Source: an archaeon (lineage in GTDB: Archaea; Nanobdellota; Nanobdellia; WJKC01). Taken from it: a stretch of 35,309 bases of DNA. The stretch covers positions 1 to 35,309 of the forward strand of contig WJKC01000018.1 in NCBI GenBank assembly GCA_014729335.1, read 5' to 3'. This document shows, in pieces, positions 22,970-31,054 of the stretch (position 1 is its first letter; every line of letters starts with the position of its first letter). The translations under genes were made by a program, and so were the position numbers. The notes beneath the pieces are model-generated. The model was not told the DNA's origin. It did not search any database and worked only from the letters and a program-made list of their open reading frames with translations.

Positions 22970-23503
22970 ATGGTTTATCAATTCAAAGTAGTTCTTGCAG
23001 GACAAGCAGCAGTTGGTAAAACAGCACTCGCTGACAGGTTTGTTTATCAAAAATTCCAAGAAAAGTACAAGTTGACTATTGGGGTTGAAATGTATACTAA
23101 GAAGGTTGATATTAAAGATGAAACAGCTATACTAACAATATGGGATATTGGCGGTCAAAGCAGGTTTGAATCAATAAGGGAACTATTCTTTAATGGAGCG
23201 GACGGGGCAATATTCATCTACGACGCAACAAGCTCAGACTCTTTATTCGCATTACACACGTGGTTTAAAGAGTATAAAAGAAGCAATAAAATGAAGTATG
23301 ATATTAGTCATAACATTCTTGTAAAAAATAAGATAGACTTAATAAAAAATGTTGGGGAAGTTATCAGTGAAAAAATGATTAACACAATTGCCAGAGACCC
23401 TAATGGCAGGATTAAAGAACTATATGACGTATCAGCCAAAAAAGGCACTGGTGTTAAGAAAATGTTTGAAGGACTTACAAAACTAATACTAGATAATAGA
23501 TAA
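22970..23503 (+). CDS. Ras-superfamily small GTPase, Rab-like
   Basis: G1 GQAAVGKT, G2 YKLTIGVE, G3 WDIGGQSRF, G4 NKID, G5 SAK. 177 aa, with no C-terminal Cys prenylation motif. Confidence 0.85.
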   Translation: MVYQFKVVLAGQAAVGKTALADRFVYQKFQEKYKLTIGVEMYTKKVDIKDETAILTIWDIGGQSRFESIRELFFNGADGAIFIYDATSSDSLFALHTWFKEYKRSNKMKYDISHNILVKNKIDLIKNVGEVISEKMINTIARDPNGRIKELYDVSAKKGTGVKKMFEGLTKLILDNR

Positions 23504-23504
23504 G

Positions 23505-23621
23505 TATCAGCAACTTATAGGTTTCCCACATATTATGCAGTACAGCCTATAACGCTATAGGTCTTAACTTCCGTGTTCGGAATGAGAACGGGTGTTGCCC
23601 CCATAACTATGGTCGCTGACA
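23505..23621 (-). rRNA. rrf: 5S ribosomal RNA
   Basis: The reverse complement reads UGUCAGCGACCAUAGUUAUGGGGGCAACACCCGUUCUCAUUCCGAACACGGAAGUUAAGACC...GGGAAACCUAUAAGUUGCUGAUA. It contains the conserved CCGAACACGGAAGUUAAG core and a 10-bp terminal helix I (23612-23621 with 23505-23514). Not linked to 16S/23S in this window. Confidence 0.9.
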
Positions 23622-23633
23622 ATTACTATGAAA

Positions 23634-23653
23634 GTAATAAAACCTTTTTAAGG
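23634..23653 (-). promoter_or_regulatory. 5S rRNA promoter (BRE/TATA)
   Basis: The minus strand reads CCTTAAAAAGGTTTTATTAC, about 15-30 nt upstream of the 5S 5' end. It has the same AAAGGTTTTATTA consensus as other promoters in the window. Confidence 0.55.
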
Positions 23654-23784
23654 CTTTCGGCAAGAAAATTGGGTCGGGAAAGGGTTTTACCCCCTTCCCT
23701 CACTGTATTATTTGGGGTGACACAGTGGTAGAAAATAGAACACAAAGCAATCTTTATATACTTTACTCAGTTACAAAGAATTTA

Positions 23785-25269
23785 ATGAAGAACTATGATA
23801 AAATAACCTCTCTATTTAAAAGAAAGGGCTATGTATGGGGTCCAAGCCCCGAGATATACGAGGGCGGAGTAGCAGGGTTCTATGACCTGGGGCCGCTAGG
23901 AGCAATGTTATTCAACAATATTGAGAACACAGTCAGAGCGGTTTATTTTGAGAATAATTACTACGAGATAAAGGCGCCGTTAATAATGCCTAGCAAGGTA
24001 TGGGAGGCGTCAGGCCATCTCGGAGGCTTTACTGACCCACTAACTAAATGCACTAAGTGCGGGGCGGTCTTCAGGGTTGACAAGTTAATAAAAGAATTAC
24101 ACCCGAAAGAAATAGTGGACGGTTTAACCTACAAGGAGTATGACAAGAAGATAGAAGACCTAAGTATTAAATGCGCTTCTTGCAAGGGACCGCTCAGCAA
24201 GACAGTCCCCCAGGACATGATGCTGAAAACAACCATTGGCTTGGATGAAGAAGCATACCTTAGACCAGAGACAGCCACCACCACTTACCTGCAATTCAAG
24301 AGGTACTACGAGTTCTTCAGGAACAAACTGCCATTCGGTGTTTACCAAATAGGAACAGCTTTTAGGAATGAAATCAGCCCCCGCAACGGTTTAATCAGGA
24401 AGCGTGAGTTCACCCAGGCTGAGGCGCAGTTATTCATCTTCAAAAGTGACAAGAATAAATACAGTGAATTCAAGGATTTTGAAAAAATTAAACTGCCGCT
24501 GCTAACCTGGAAAGAGCAGGATAAGAAAGGGAAGCCTAAAAAGACATCATTAAAAGAAGCGATTAAAGGAAAAATCATTCAAAACAAGGCTTACGCAGTG
24601 AGCCTGGCAGTTGGGTACCAGATAGCAATGGAGCTCGGCTTGGATGAGAAGCGGTTAAGGTACCGGCAGCACTACCCTAATGAGCGGGCGTTCTACGCTC
24701 TTGACGCGTGGGACCTTGAGTACAAGACTGACTCTTTTGGATGGGTTGAGATATGCGGGGTGCATGACAGGTCAGATTATGACTTAAAACAACACGCTAA
24801 GTATTCAGGCAAGGACTTAAGGGTTAAACACGGAAGGAAAAAAGAAGTGCCTCATATACTTGAGATAGCAGCGGGTATTGAACGATTAGTCTTCACAGTG
24901 TTAGAGCAGGCTTATGATGAGGAGAAGAGGAGGACGGTGCTGAGACTGCTGCCGTCAATCGCTCCAATACAACTAAAAATATTCCCGCTGGTGAGCAAGG
25001 ACGGCTTGCCAGAGAAGGCTAAGAATGTCTATGAGTTAATGCTGAACGAGGACTTCTTCGCTGAGTATGACGAATCAGGCAGTATTGGCAGGCGTTACAG
25101 GCGCGCTGACGAGGAAGGAGTCCCTTTCTGCATCACCATTGACCATGACACCCTAGAGGATGAATCAGTCACTGTCAGGGACCGGGACACTATGAAACAA
25201 GTCAGGGTTAAAATAAACGAGCTGGAAGACTTCCTTGAGGAAGCAATAGAAGGCGACATTGACTTCTAA
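23785..25269 (+). CDS. glyS: glycine--tRNA ligase (archaeal/eukaryotic alpha2 type)
   Basis: KRKGYVWGPSPEIYEGGVAGFYDLGPLG, LRPETATTTY, FRNEISPRNGLIRKREFTQAEAQ, AAGIERL and the C-terminal anticodon-binding GRRYRRADEEGVPFCITID. ATG 23785 has AATCTTTATATAC about 25-30 nt upstream; the ORF track starts at GTG 23725. Confidence 0.92.
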   Translation: MKNYDKITSLFKRKGYVWGPSPEIYEGGVAGFYDLGPLGAMLFNNIENTVRAVYFENNYYEIKAPLIMPSKVWEASGHLGGFTDPLTKCTKCGAVFRVDKLIKELHPKEIVDGLTYKEYDKKIEDLSIKCASCKGPLSKTVPQDMMLKTTIGLDEEAYLRPETATTTYLQFKRYYEFFRNKLPFGVYQIGTAFRNEISPRNGLIRKREFTQAEAQLFIFKSDKNKYSEFKDFEKIKLPLLTWKEQDKKGKPKKTSLKEAIKGKIIQNKAYAVSLAVGYQIAMELGLDEKRLRYRQHYPNERAFYALDAWDLEYKTDSFGWVEICGVHDRSDYDLKQHAKYSGKDLRVKHGRKKEVPHILEIAAGIERLVFTVLEQAYDEEKRRTVLRLLPSIAPIQLKIFPLVSKDGLPEKAKNVYELMLNEDFFAEYDESGSIGRRYRRADEEGVPFCITIDHDTLEDESVTVRDRDTMKQVRVKINELEDFLEEAIEGDIDF

Positions 25270-25303
25270 AGTTTTATAACAACTAATTAATTAATCAACT
25301 ATC

Positions 25304-26086
25304 GTGGTTAAAAAAATACTAGGCATCAGGGCTGATGACTTCCTTGGCGGGGTAATCGTGGCTGGTTTAATAATACTAATACTAGTGCTGGGTTTCAGCG
25401 GCATTGACTTAACAGAGTTAATGATTAATGCCAACGAGTACTTCTATGAAAAACTTGGAGAAGCAGGGATATACTTGGGCACTTTCCTAATAAGCATCTT
25501 TGGCAACTTCTCAATAATCCTGCCAACACCCTACCTGTTATCAATAATGGCGGTCTTGATAATACTACCGGTCAACCCGTTAATACTAGCACTGGCAGCC
25601 GGGCTTGGAGCAGGAGTGGGTGAATTAAGCGCGTGGCTGCTGGGCAGGGGCACAGGCGAGTTATTAGACGATGATGAAAAGAGTGACAGGACTCGCCGAA
25701 TAAAAGGTTTAAGAAAACTAATAAAGAAGGGCTACGGCTCATGGCTCGTCTTCATCTTTGCAGTGACGCCGCTGCCAGACGACATATTACTAATAGCGCT
25801 CGGCATCGAGAACTTCTCACTAAAGAAGTCACTAATCGCCTCAGTAATAGGCAAGTTCGTAATGATACTAGAATTAGTATTCATCGTGTTCCTGGCAAAG
25901 AACACGATGATAGGGCAGTTAATACTATACTTATATGGTTTCAACCTTCAGAACGGGGATGTAACCAGCACTAACAACCCGTTAATGAGCACTATCAGCC
26001 TGGTAGTGACAATGAGTTTCACCCTTTTACTAATACTGGTTGACTGGGAGAGCGTCTGGAAACGATTAAAAAAGAGGAAAACATAA
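25304..26086 (+). CDS. polytopic membrane protein, possibly DedA/VTT-domain-like
   Basis: GAGVGELSAWLLGRGTG resembles the DedA G..G....Y.(L)GR motif. GTG start about 25 nt downstream of GTTTTATAACAAC. Confidence 0.4.
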   Translation: MVKKILGIRADDFLGGVIVAGLIILILVLGFSGIDLTELMINANEYFYEKLGEAGIYLGTFLISIFGNFSIILPTPYLLSIMAVLIILPVNPLILALAAGLGAGVGELSAWLLGRGTGELLDDDEKSDRTRRIKGLRKLIKKGYGSWLVFIFAVTPLPDDILLIALGIENFSLKKSLIASVIGKFVMILELVFIVFLAKNTMIGQLILYLYGFNLQNGDVTSTNNPLMSTISLVVTMSFTLLLILVDWESVWKRLKKRKT

Positions 26087-26095
26087 TTAAATAAC

Positions 26096-26500
26096 ATGGA
26101 AGAAATAAGCACCAGCGTTTTCAGGGGCTTAGCCATAATGCTCTTAACAATAATCGCTTACATGCTCATTGACAGCTTCTTTGACATACCATTAATAACA
26201 ATAGTGTTATGCGCCGTGTCAGGAGTGCTAGTCATCTTCTGCTGCAAGGACATGAACCGTGATGAGTTAAACATGTTCAGGGCTTCAATGGTGATGGGAA
26301 TAATATTCTTCATCATTGGCAACTACATAATATTCACTGAACGAGAGAACTACTTCAAATACGTGGACCCGTTATTTGTTTATTACATAACCATGGGCTT
26401 CTTCTTATCAGCAATCGGCATGATAGTCATGTTCTCATCAATCCCAATAATAATATACAAGGACTTAGAAGAGCACCTTAAAAGAAAGGAGCTCACATAG
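26096..26500 (+). CDS. hypothetical membrane protein (4 TM)
   Basis: A 134-aa hydrophobic ORF with no recognisable motif. Confidence 0.45.
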   Translation: MEEISTSVFRGLAIMLLTIIAYMLIDSFFDIPLITIVLCAVSGVLVIFCCKDMNRDELNMFRASMVMGIIFFIIGNYIIFTERENYFKYVDPLFVYYITMGFFLSAIGMIVMFSSIPIIIYKDLEEHLKRKELT

Positions 26501-27106
26501 GTCTTTAAATGACTTGAACCCCTGCTCGTCAAAATCCTTCTTAGAGTAACTGCCGGTCCGGACGCCGATAAAACTCACACCAGCGCTACGGGCGCTTAGA
26601 GCGTCATAGATGCTGTCACCAATGAACACACAATCATCCTTCTTAAGCCCCAGCTCTTTAATAACCATTAATAATAAGTCAGGCGCCGGCTTAGGCCTAG
26701 ACACGTCATAACCGCTCATTAATACCTTAAAGTAGTCACTCCATCCAAAGCGGTCTACTAACGCGTTCATCTCAAGGTTTGATGAACTAGTTGCCACCGC
26801 AAGCGAGTAATCATTAAAAGCTCTTCTTAAGAACTTATCAACACAGGGAACCTTAACAACCTTATCTATTGCTTTCAAAAAAGCTTCCCTCTTACCTAAG
26901 ACTAACTCATCAACCTCTTTCTCTGACAGGCTAGGGAATAACTCGCTGATGATATCCTCAGCAACTTTTCCGAACAAACTCTTTAACTTCTTAACATCAA
27001 ATTCATTCAAAGCCTTCTTATTAAAAACCTCTTTATAGGATTTAATATGGGCTTTATGAGAGTCAACTAGGGTTCCGTCCAAGTCAAGAATTAAGGCTTT
27101 AACCAT
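26465..27106 (-). CDS. HAD-superfamily hydrolase (subfamily IA, phosphatase/beta-PGM-like)
   Basis: Motif I LILDLDGTLVDS, motif II ATSS, motif IV GDSIYDALSARSAG. ATG 27106 overlaps the PAC2 stop by 8 nt; the ORF-track TTG 27136 is rejected. Confidence 0.8.
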   Translation of the reverse strand: MVKALILDLDGTLVDSHKAHIKSYKEVFNKKALNEFDVKKLKSLFGKVAEDIISELFPSLSEKEVDELVLGKREAFLKAIDKVVKVPCVDKFLRRAFNDYSLAVATSSSNLEMNALVDRFGWSDYFKVLMSGYDVSRPKPAPDLLLMVIKELGLKKDDCVFIGDSIYDALSARSAGVSFIGVRTGSYSKKDFDEQGFKSFKDLCELLSFKVLF

Positions 27107-27863
27107 AAATAGAAGTCTTCTCAGAATCGCCTTCAATCTTCTTCAACTTCTTAACATGTGATAATACTTTATCAATCTTTTTTTCAAAAGCATTAGCCTG
27201 CTTCTTCAAGTCAGCAACGTCAATCTTAAAATCATATATTGAACCCATAACCTTTAATAACTCTGCAGCAGCGTGTCCGTCAGGGAAGTTACGTCTGCTT
27301 TCAATTAATAAACAAGTAGCCGGCACCTTCTTCTCCATTGATTTAAGCAACAAGGCAGCACTCATACCAATGATGATGCCGTTATCCAAGCGCTTAACAC
27401 CCTTGTTAATCAACTTCTTCATCTTCTTCTCATCAGTGCTCATGCCGAAAATCTCATAGTCGCGCTCCTCTTCAGGCACGTTAATGCCTTCAAGGCATAT
27501 TATCTCCTGAGCCTTAATCTTCTTAGCCCAGTCAGCAATCATCTCGCTTAACTCATAAATTATCTTGCGGGGAATTGATAACTCTGACTCAATAATAACT
27601 ATGTCTCGGGCCTTATTAGCGTAAATCTTAATCGGGTTCATCACCTTGCCATCAACCAGTAACGCCATTGGCGGGACGCCCTCACTGTCAATAAATCCAA
27701 TCTGTTCAAAATCAAGTTGTTGTGACAAGTACTGAGCAGATAAAGTGCCAACCAAGCCAACGCCCTGGAACCCCTCAATAATCACTGGTTTCTTGAACTT
27801 AATACCCCTCTTAATAACAAAGTCAATCTTATCAACCAAGTTAACATCCTGTATCTTAGCCAT
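27099..27863 (-). CDS. PAC2-family proteasome assembly chaperone
   Basis: PVIIEGFQGVGLVGTLSAQYL is the typical PAC2 (COG1938) N-terminal motif; 254 aa. Confidence 0.7.
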   Translation of the reverse strand: MAKIQDVNLVDKIDFVIKRGIKFKKPVIIEGFQGVGLVGTLSAQYLSQQLDFEQIGFIDSEGVPPMALLVDGKVMNPIKIYANKARDIVIIESELSIPRKIIYELSEMIADWAKKIKAQEIICLEGINVPEEERDYEIFGMSTDEKKMKKLINKGVKRLDNGIIIGMSAALLLKSMEKKVPATCLLIESRRNFPDGHAAAELLKVMGSIYDFKIDVADLKKQANAFEKKIDKVLSHVKKLKKIEGDSEKTSIYG

Positions 27864-27910
27864 TAACTAATCCCAATAATTGGGGGTTATTAAAGGTTTC
27901 TAAGAGCTAA

Positions 27911-27932
27911 TTATTTTCAATATTGAAAATAA
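27911..27932. promoter_or_regulatory. perfect 22-bp palindrome just upstream of the PAC2 promoter
   Basis: TTATTTTCAATATTGAAAATAA is its own reverse complement. It lies 48-69 nt upstream of the PAC2 ATG and downstream of the tRNA-Gly T-tract. Confidence 0.5.
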
Positions 27933-28013
27933 ATAAAGATGTTATTTAAAAATATCTGCAGTCATTCCATGTTTTTCTAGTTTAATGGTTTCTTTTTGAA
28001 AGAAAAAAGGGTC

Positions 28014-28085
28014 TGCGGCTGCCGGGATTTGAACCCAGGTCGCGAGCTTGGAAGGCTCGAATCCTAACCACTAGACTACAGCCGC
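28014..28085 (-). tRNA. tRNA-Gly (anticodon UCC)
   Basis: The reverse complement GCGGCTGTAGTCTAGTGGTTAGGATTCGAGCCTTCCAAGCTCGCGACCTGGGTTCAAATCCCGGCAGCCGCA folds as a cloverleaf. It has a 7-bp acceptor stem, anticodon loop CUUCCAA and T-loop GGGTTCAAATCCC. There is no intron and no encoded CCA, and TTTTTTCTTTC follows. Confidence 0.93.
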
Positions 28086-28238
28086 ATAACAGTTAATTAA
28101 AGCCCAACAAACACTTATATTCTTTTGGTCAAGCTTTTCTTTATAAGAAAAGATTGGACTACGACCGCTTATTATTGAAACAAAGCAGTGAATTTTTTAA
28201 AAAACTTTTTAATCACTCAAAAAAAAAACATTATCTTT

Positions 28239-28595
28239 ATGAAGAAAGTCTTATGTGTGTGCGCCAAAGGTCAGAACAGGAATTATTACTTAGCTAATTA
28301 TCTTAGAGATAAAGGTTACTGGACTAGGCGCGGAGGGGTTGAGGAAGGAGCTAATCCGCCAATAACTAAAAGCGATGTTGGCTGGGCTGACGTGATAGTG
28401 ATTGTCAGGGAGCGCTTAGTTCCCCTGGTGAAGGATAAATTTGATATCAGGGATAAGAAGTTAGTTGTTATTAACGTCACTGACTCCAAGCGGTTAGTGC
28501 CAAAGAAATATCAAGAACTAAGTTTCCGGGAGTTAAATGAGAAATGGACTTACCCCTGGTTAAGAAAGGCTATTAATAAACACCTGCCTCTCTAG
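28239..28595 (+). CDS. minimal CX5R phosphatase, Ssu72-like / LMW-PTP fold
   Basis: KKVLCVCAKGQNRNYYLANYLRDKGYWTRRGG compares with human Ssu72 LRVAVVCSSNQNRSMEAHNILSKRGFSVRSFG (recalled). DVIVIVRERLVPLV compares with DLILTCEERVYDQV, and VVINVTDS with VVNVDIQD. ATG 28239 is preferred to the ORF-track start. Confidence 0.6.
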   Translation: MKKVLCVCAKGQNRNYYLANYLRDKGYWTRRGGVEEGANPPITKSDVGWADVIVIVRERLVPLVKDKFDIRDKKLVVINVTDSKRLVPKKYQELSFRELNEKWTYPWLRKAINKHLPL

Positions 28596-28599
28596 CCTC

Positions 28600-29220
28600 A
28601 TGTTCCGCGACAGAGAGGATGCTGGTAAACAGTTAGCAGATTTATTGAAGCCTTACAAGGACGAGGACGTTATTGTCTTATCCATCCCTCGGGGCGGGGC
28701 AGAGATTGGCTACTGGGTTGCCAAGGAATTAAGAGCGCCTCACAAAGCAATTGTTGTGAGGAAGCTGCCATTACCTCATAAACCTGAAGCTGGTTTCGGC
28801 GCTATTGCCGAGGACGGCAGCACTTACATGCAGGAAGGACATGAGGACTGGTTAAGCAGTGAAGAGATTAAACGGGTTAAAAAAGAACAGCAGGAAGAAA
28901 TAAAGAGGAGGGTTCAGAAATTAAGAGAGGGGGAGCCACTGCCGAGTCTTAAAGGCAGGACAGTAATACTAGTTGACGACGGCATAGCCATGGGTTCCAC
29001 AATGATTGCTGCTATCAAGGCTTGCAGCAACCTCGGAGCCAAGAGGATAATAGCTGCCTCGCCAGTCTCAAGCCGGGAGGTAGGGTTAGTTATTGCTAAA
29101 CTAGTTGACGAGTTAATAATTATTGAAACGCCTCATAACTTCTACGCCGTTGCCCAGGTCTATGAAAGATGGCATGATGTTACTTATGAGGAAGCTAAGA
29201 AATGGCTTCGCGAATCTTAA
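28600..29220 (+). CDS. phosphoribosyltransferase-domain protein (COG1926-like)
   Basis: FRDREDAGKQLA, LSIPRGGAEIG and the PRPP-binding loop VILVDDGIAMGSTM. Confidence 0.8.
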   Translation: MFRDREDAGKQLADLLKPYKDEDVIVLSIPRGGAEIGYWVAKELRAPHKAIVVRKLPLPHKPEAGFGAIAEDGSTYMQEGHEDWLSSEEIKRVKKEQQEEIKRRVQKLREGEPLPSLKGRTVILVDDGIAMGSTMIAAIKACSNLGAKRIIAASPVSSREVGLVIAKLVDELIIIETPHNFYAVAQVYERWHDVTYEEAKKWLRES

Positions 29221-30844
29221 CAGCCGTGCCCCAGTTAAAACCCATCATTTCCTGGGATGATAATAGCGCCTCGCCAACCGCTACTAGTTTCTTATCAACA
29301 AACACTCCTGCTTCCATTCGGGGCTTAATACCATCATCGCACTTAACCACGTGCTTGGCAAAAACATCCCTGCCTTTCAGATAGAACTTCTTAAACTCTT
29401 CAGGCGCTTCCACCTTCTTAAGGTATTTCTTAATCCTCTCTGCTCCTGCTGAGTGAAGAGAGCAGTAACCATCGCGCGCGCGGACAACAAATAATAACTC
29501 GTCATCTAAGTACACTTGGTGCAGGCGCTGATTTCGTGTCTTGATTATCCTGACGCTCTTAGGGATTAACTTCTTACCAGCCCCTTTGCCGAACTGGTAG
29601 TCAGCTATTAACCTGAGCTTTCCCAGGTCATCGTACTTCTTCTTTGAGTAATTAACACTCCAGCCAAGGCTCTGACCAAAAGGATAAACTAACTTTAAGG
29701 GGCGCGGGACTTTCCTAAAACCCAGGCTCTTCACTTGCTTCATTGCGTAATATATCTCGGGCCGCTCATCACTTAAACCCCCTGTCCAGAACAGGGCGCT
29801 CCGCTTCCTAACCGGGTCGTGCCTTGCAATTAATTCCTTATTCTTTAACAACCATCTAAGAGCGTAGTAAATATTAGGGTGGCTCATTGCTCTGGAGTAA
29901 ACAAGCTCGAATAACTTATCTTCTTGTATTGCCTGCCTAATCACTCTAACCTCCCTCATGAGCGCGTGTAGGTTATGCCTCACTAAGTACTTAAACTTCC
30001 TTAACTCCCTGGGCTTATGACTAGTGCAGACCGGGCAGGTGCAGGGAAGGGAGGTTAAGTGCTCCGCCTTCTTAGTCCCGGTCTCAGTAACGTACTTGCC
30101 ATTCCTCGCGTATAAAGCGTAACTAGCACTGTCAAACAAGTCAATTCCAGCGTAAGTGAGCAGTGAAAAAACCATTGGGTGGCCCGCGCCGAACGCGTGG
30201 ACCGGCGTGTTTAATGGCAGGTGATTCTTGCACTCAATTATCACTTTAACTAACTGCTTAAAATTGTAGTTAATCATATAAGGAACGATGCCGCCGATAG
30301 GGTAAACAGTGGCTGGCAGCTTGCTGACCTTCTTGCAGGCTTCTTTTCTTAATTCAAGGTAGGAGCCTCCCTGTATTGGCGCTGAGTAATTCTTTGTCTT
30401 AACTTCCTTAATTCTCTTTACAGTCTCCTCTAATTTGAACCGGGCAATCTTCTTATTATCACTCGGAGTGGTGAATAAATCTAACGGCGTGTGAATATCA
30501 CTCCCCAGTTTCTCCTGGTAATCGAGCGTCTCCTTATTAGTTATTAAAGCGTTCCCCTGGCTGTACATCTGGTAGGTGCCGCTGTCAGTGTAAATCAGAC
30601 CTGGGAAGTTAAAGAAGTCATGCAGTCCTTTTCTCTCTATCTTCTCTGCTTTTTTTGAATTCTTTATTATGTAAGCGTTAGTGATTATTAAGTCAACCCC
30701 GAAGTCCTTCATCATCTCCTTAGGCGGAATGCTGAGCTCGTTAGGGTTAACAACCACTGCCAGGTTGGGGGTCTTAATGCTCTTCTCATTAACAGTTAAT
30801 ACTCCCAGCCTGCCTAAGCCGTCATGGTCTTTTAACTCAAACAT
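29195..30844 (-). CDS. tgtA: archaeosine tRNA-guanine transglycosylase (arcTGT) with a C-terminal PUA domain
   Basis: FELKDHDGLGRLG, YTDSGTYQ (catalytic Asp), GIVPY and the zinc site CTCPVCTSH...H. The C-terminal ~75 aa are PUA-like (GRDVFAKHVV..GEALLSSQEM). Confidence 0.9.
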   Translation of the reverse strand: MFELKDHDGLGRLGVLTVNEKSIKTPNLAVVVNPNELSIPPKEMMKDFGVDLIITNAYIIKNSKKAEKIERKGLHDFFNFPGLIYTDSGTYQMYSQGNALITNKETLDYQEKLGSDIHTPLDLFTTPSDNKKIARFKLEETVKRIKEVKTKNYSAPIQGGSYLELRKEACKKVSKLPATVYPIGGIVPYMINYNFKQLVKVIIECKNHLPLNTPVHAFGAGHPMVFSLLTYAGIDLFDSASYALYARNGKYVTETGTKKAEHLTSLPCTCPVCTSHKPRELRKFKYLVRHNLHALMREVRVIRQAIQEDKLFELVYSRAMSHPNIYYALRWLLKNKELIARHDPVRKRSALFWTGGLSDERPEIYYAMKQVKSLGFRKVPRPLKLVYPFGQSLGWSVNYSKKKYDDLGKLRLIADYQFGKGAGKKLIPKSVRIIKTRNQRLHQVYLDDELLFVVRARDGYCSLHSAGAERIKKYLKKVEAPEEFKKFYLKGRDVFAKHVVKCDDGIKPRMEAGVFVDKKLVAVGEALLSSQEMMGFNWGTAVKIREAIS

Positions 30845-31054
30845 TAAAGAAAACTAATACAGTACTTGCTTAAAAAACATTATCTAAGGCACAACTATTA
30901 CGTCATCTTCTAAATTTCTTAATTCCTTTTCAATATCAAATTTTACTTCAACCTCTACGTCCATGTTATACTCTAAGGGTGGTTAATTATTTAAAAGTCT
31001 TGACTATCACTTAGTGAGCAATTCTTTTTATAAACCTGATTATTAAGGATTAAT

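Noticed and set aside
27864-28238. tRNA-Gly as an integration site for a mobile element or genomic island.
   Set aside because: There is no integrase, no duplicated tRNA 3' fragment and no obvious compositional break. The flanking genes (PAC2 chaperone, phosphatase, PRTase, tgtA) look like ordinary chromosomal genes.
15438-28595. Extended N-termini given by the ORF track for trmJ (16112), the metallophosphoesterase (TTG 22744), glyS (GTG 23725), the HAD hydrolase (TTG 27136) and the Ssu72-like gene (28188).
   Set aside because: In each case an internal ATG reproduces the canonical family N-terminus. That ATG also lies about 25-30 nt downstream of a BRE/TATA or sits in a typical stop/start overlap. 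The extensions add non-conserved, partly hydrophobic or low-complexity residues.
30884-30964. A 26-aa minus-strand ORF (MDVEVEVKFDIEKELRNLEDDVIVVP) upstream of tgtA with a TATA-like CTTTTAAATAATTAA about 22 nt upstream.
   Set aside because: It is too short and has no motif. tgtA has its own TATA (GTTTTTTAAGC about 28 nt upstream of its ATG). It cannot be separated from chance in an AT-rich divergent promoter region, though it is worth a look if Ribo-seq data exist.
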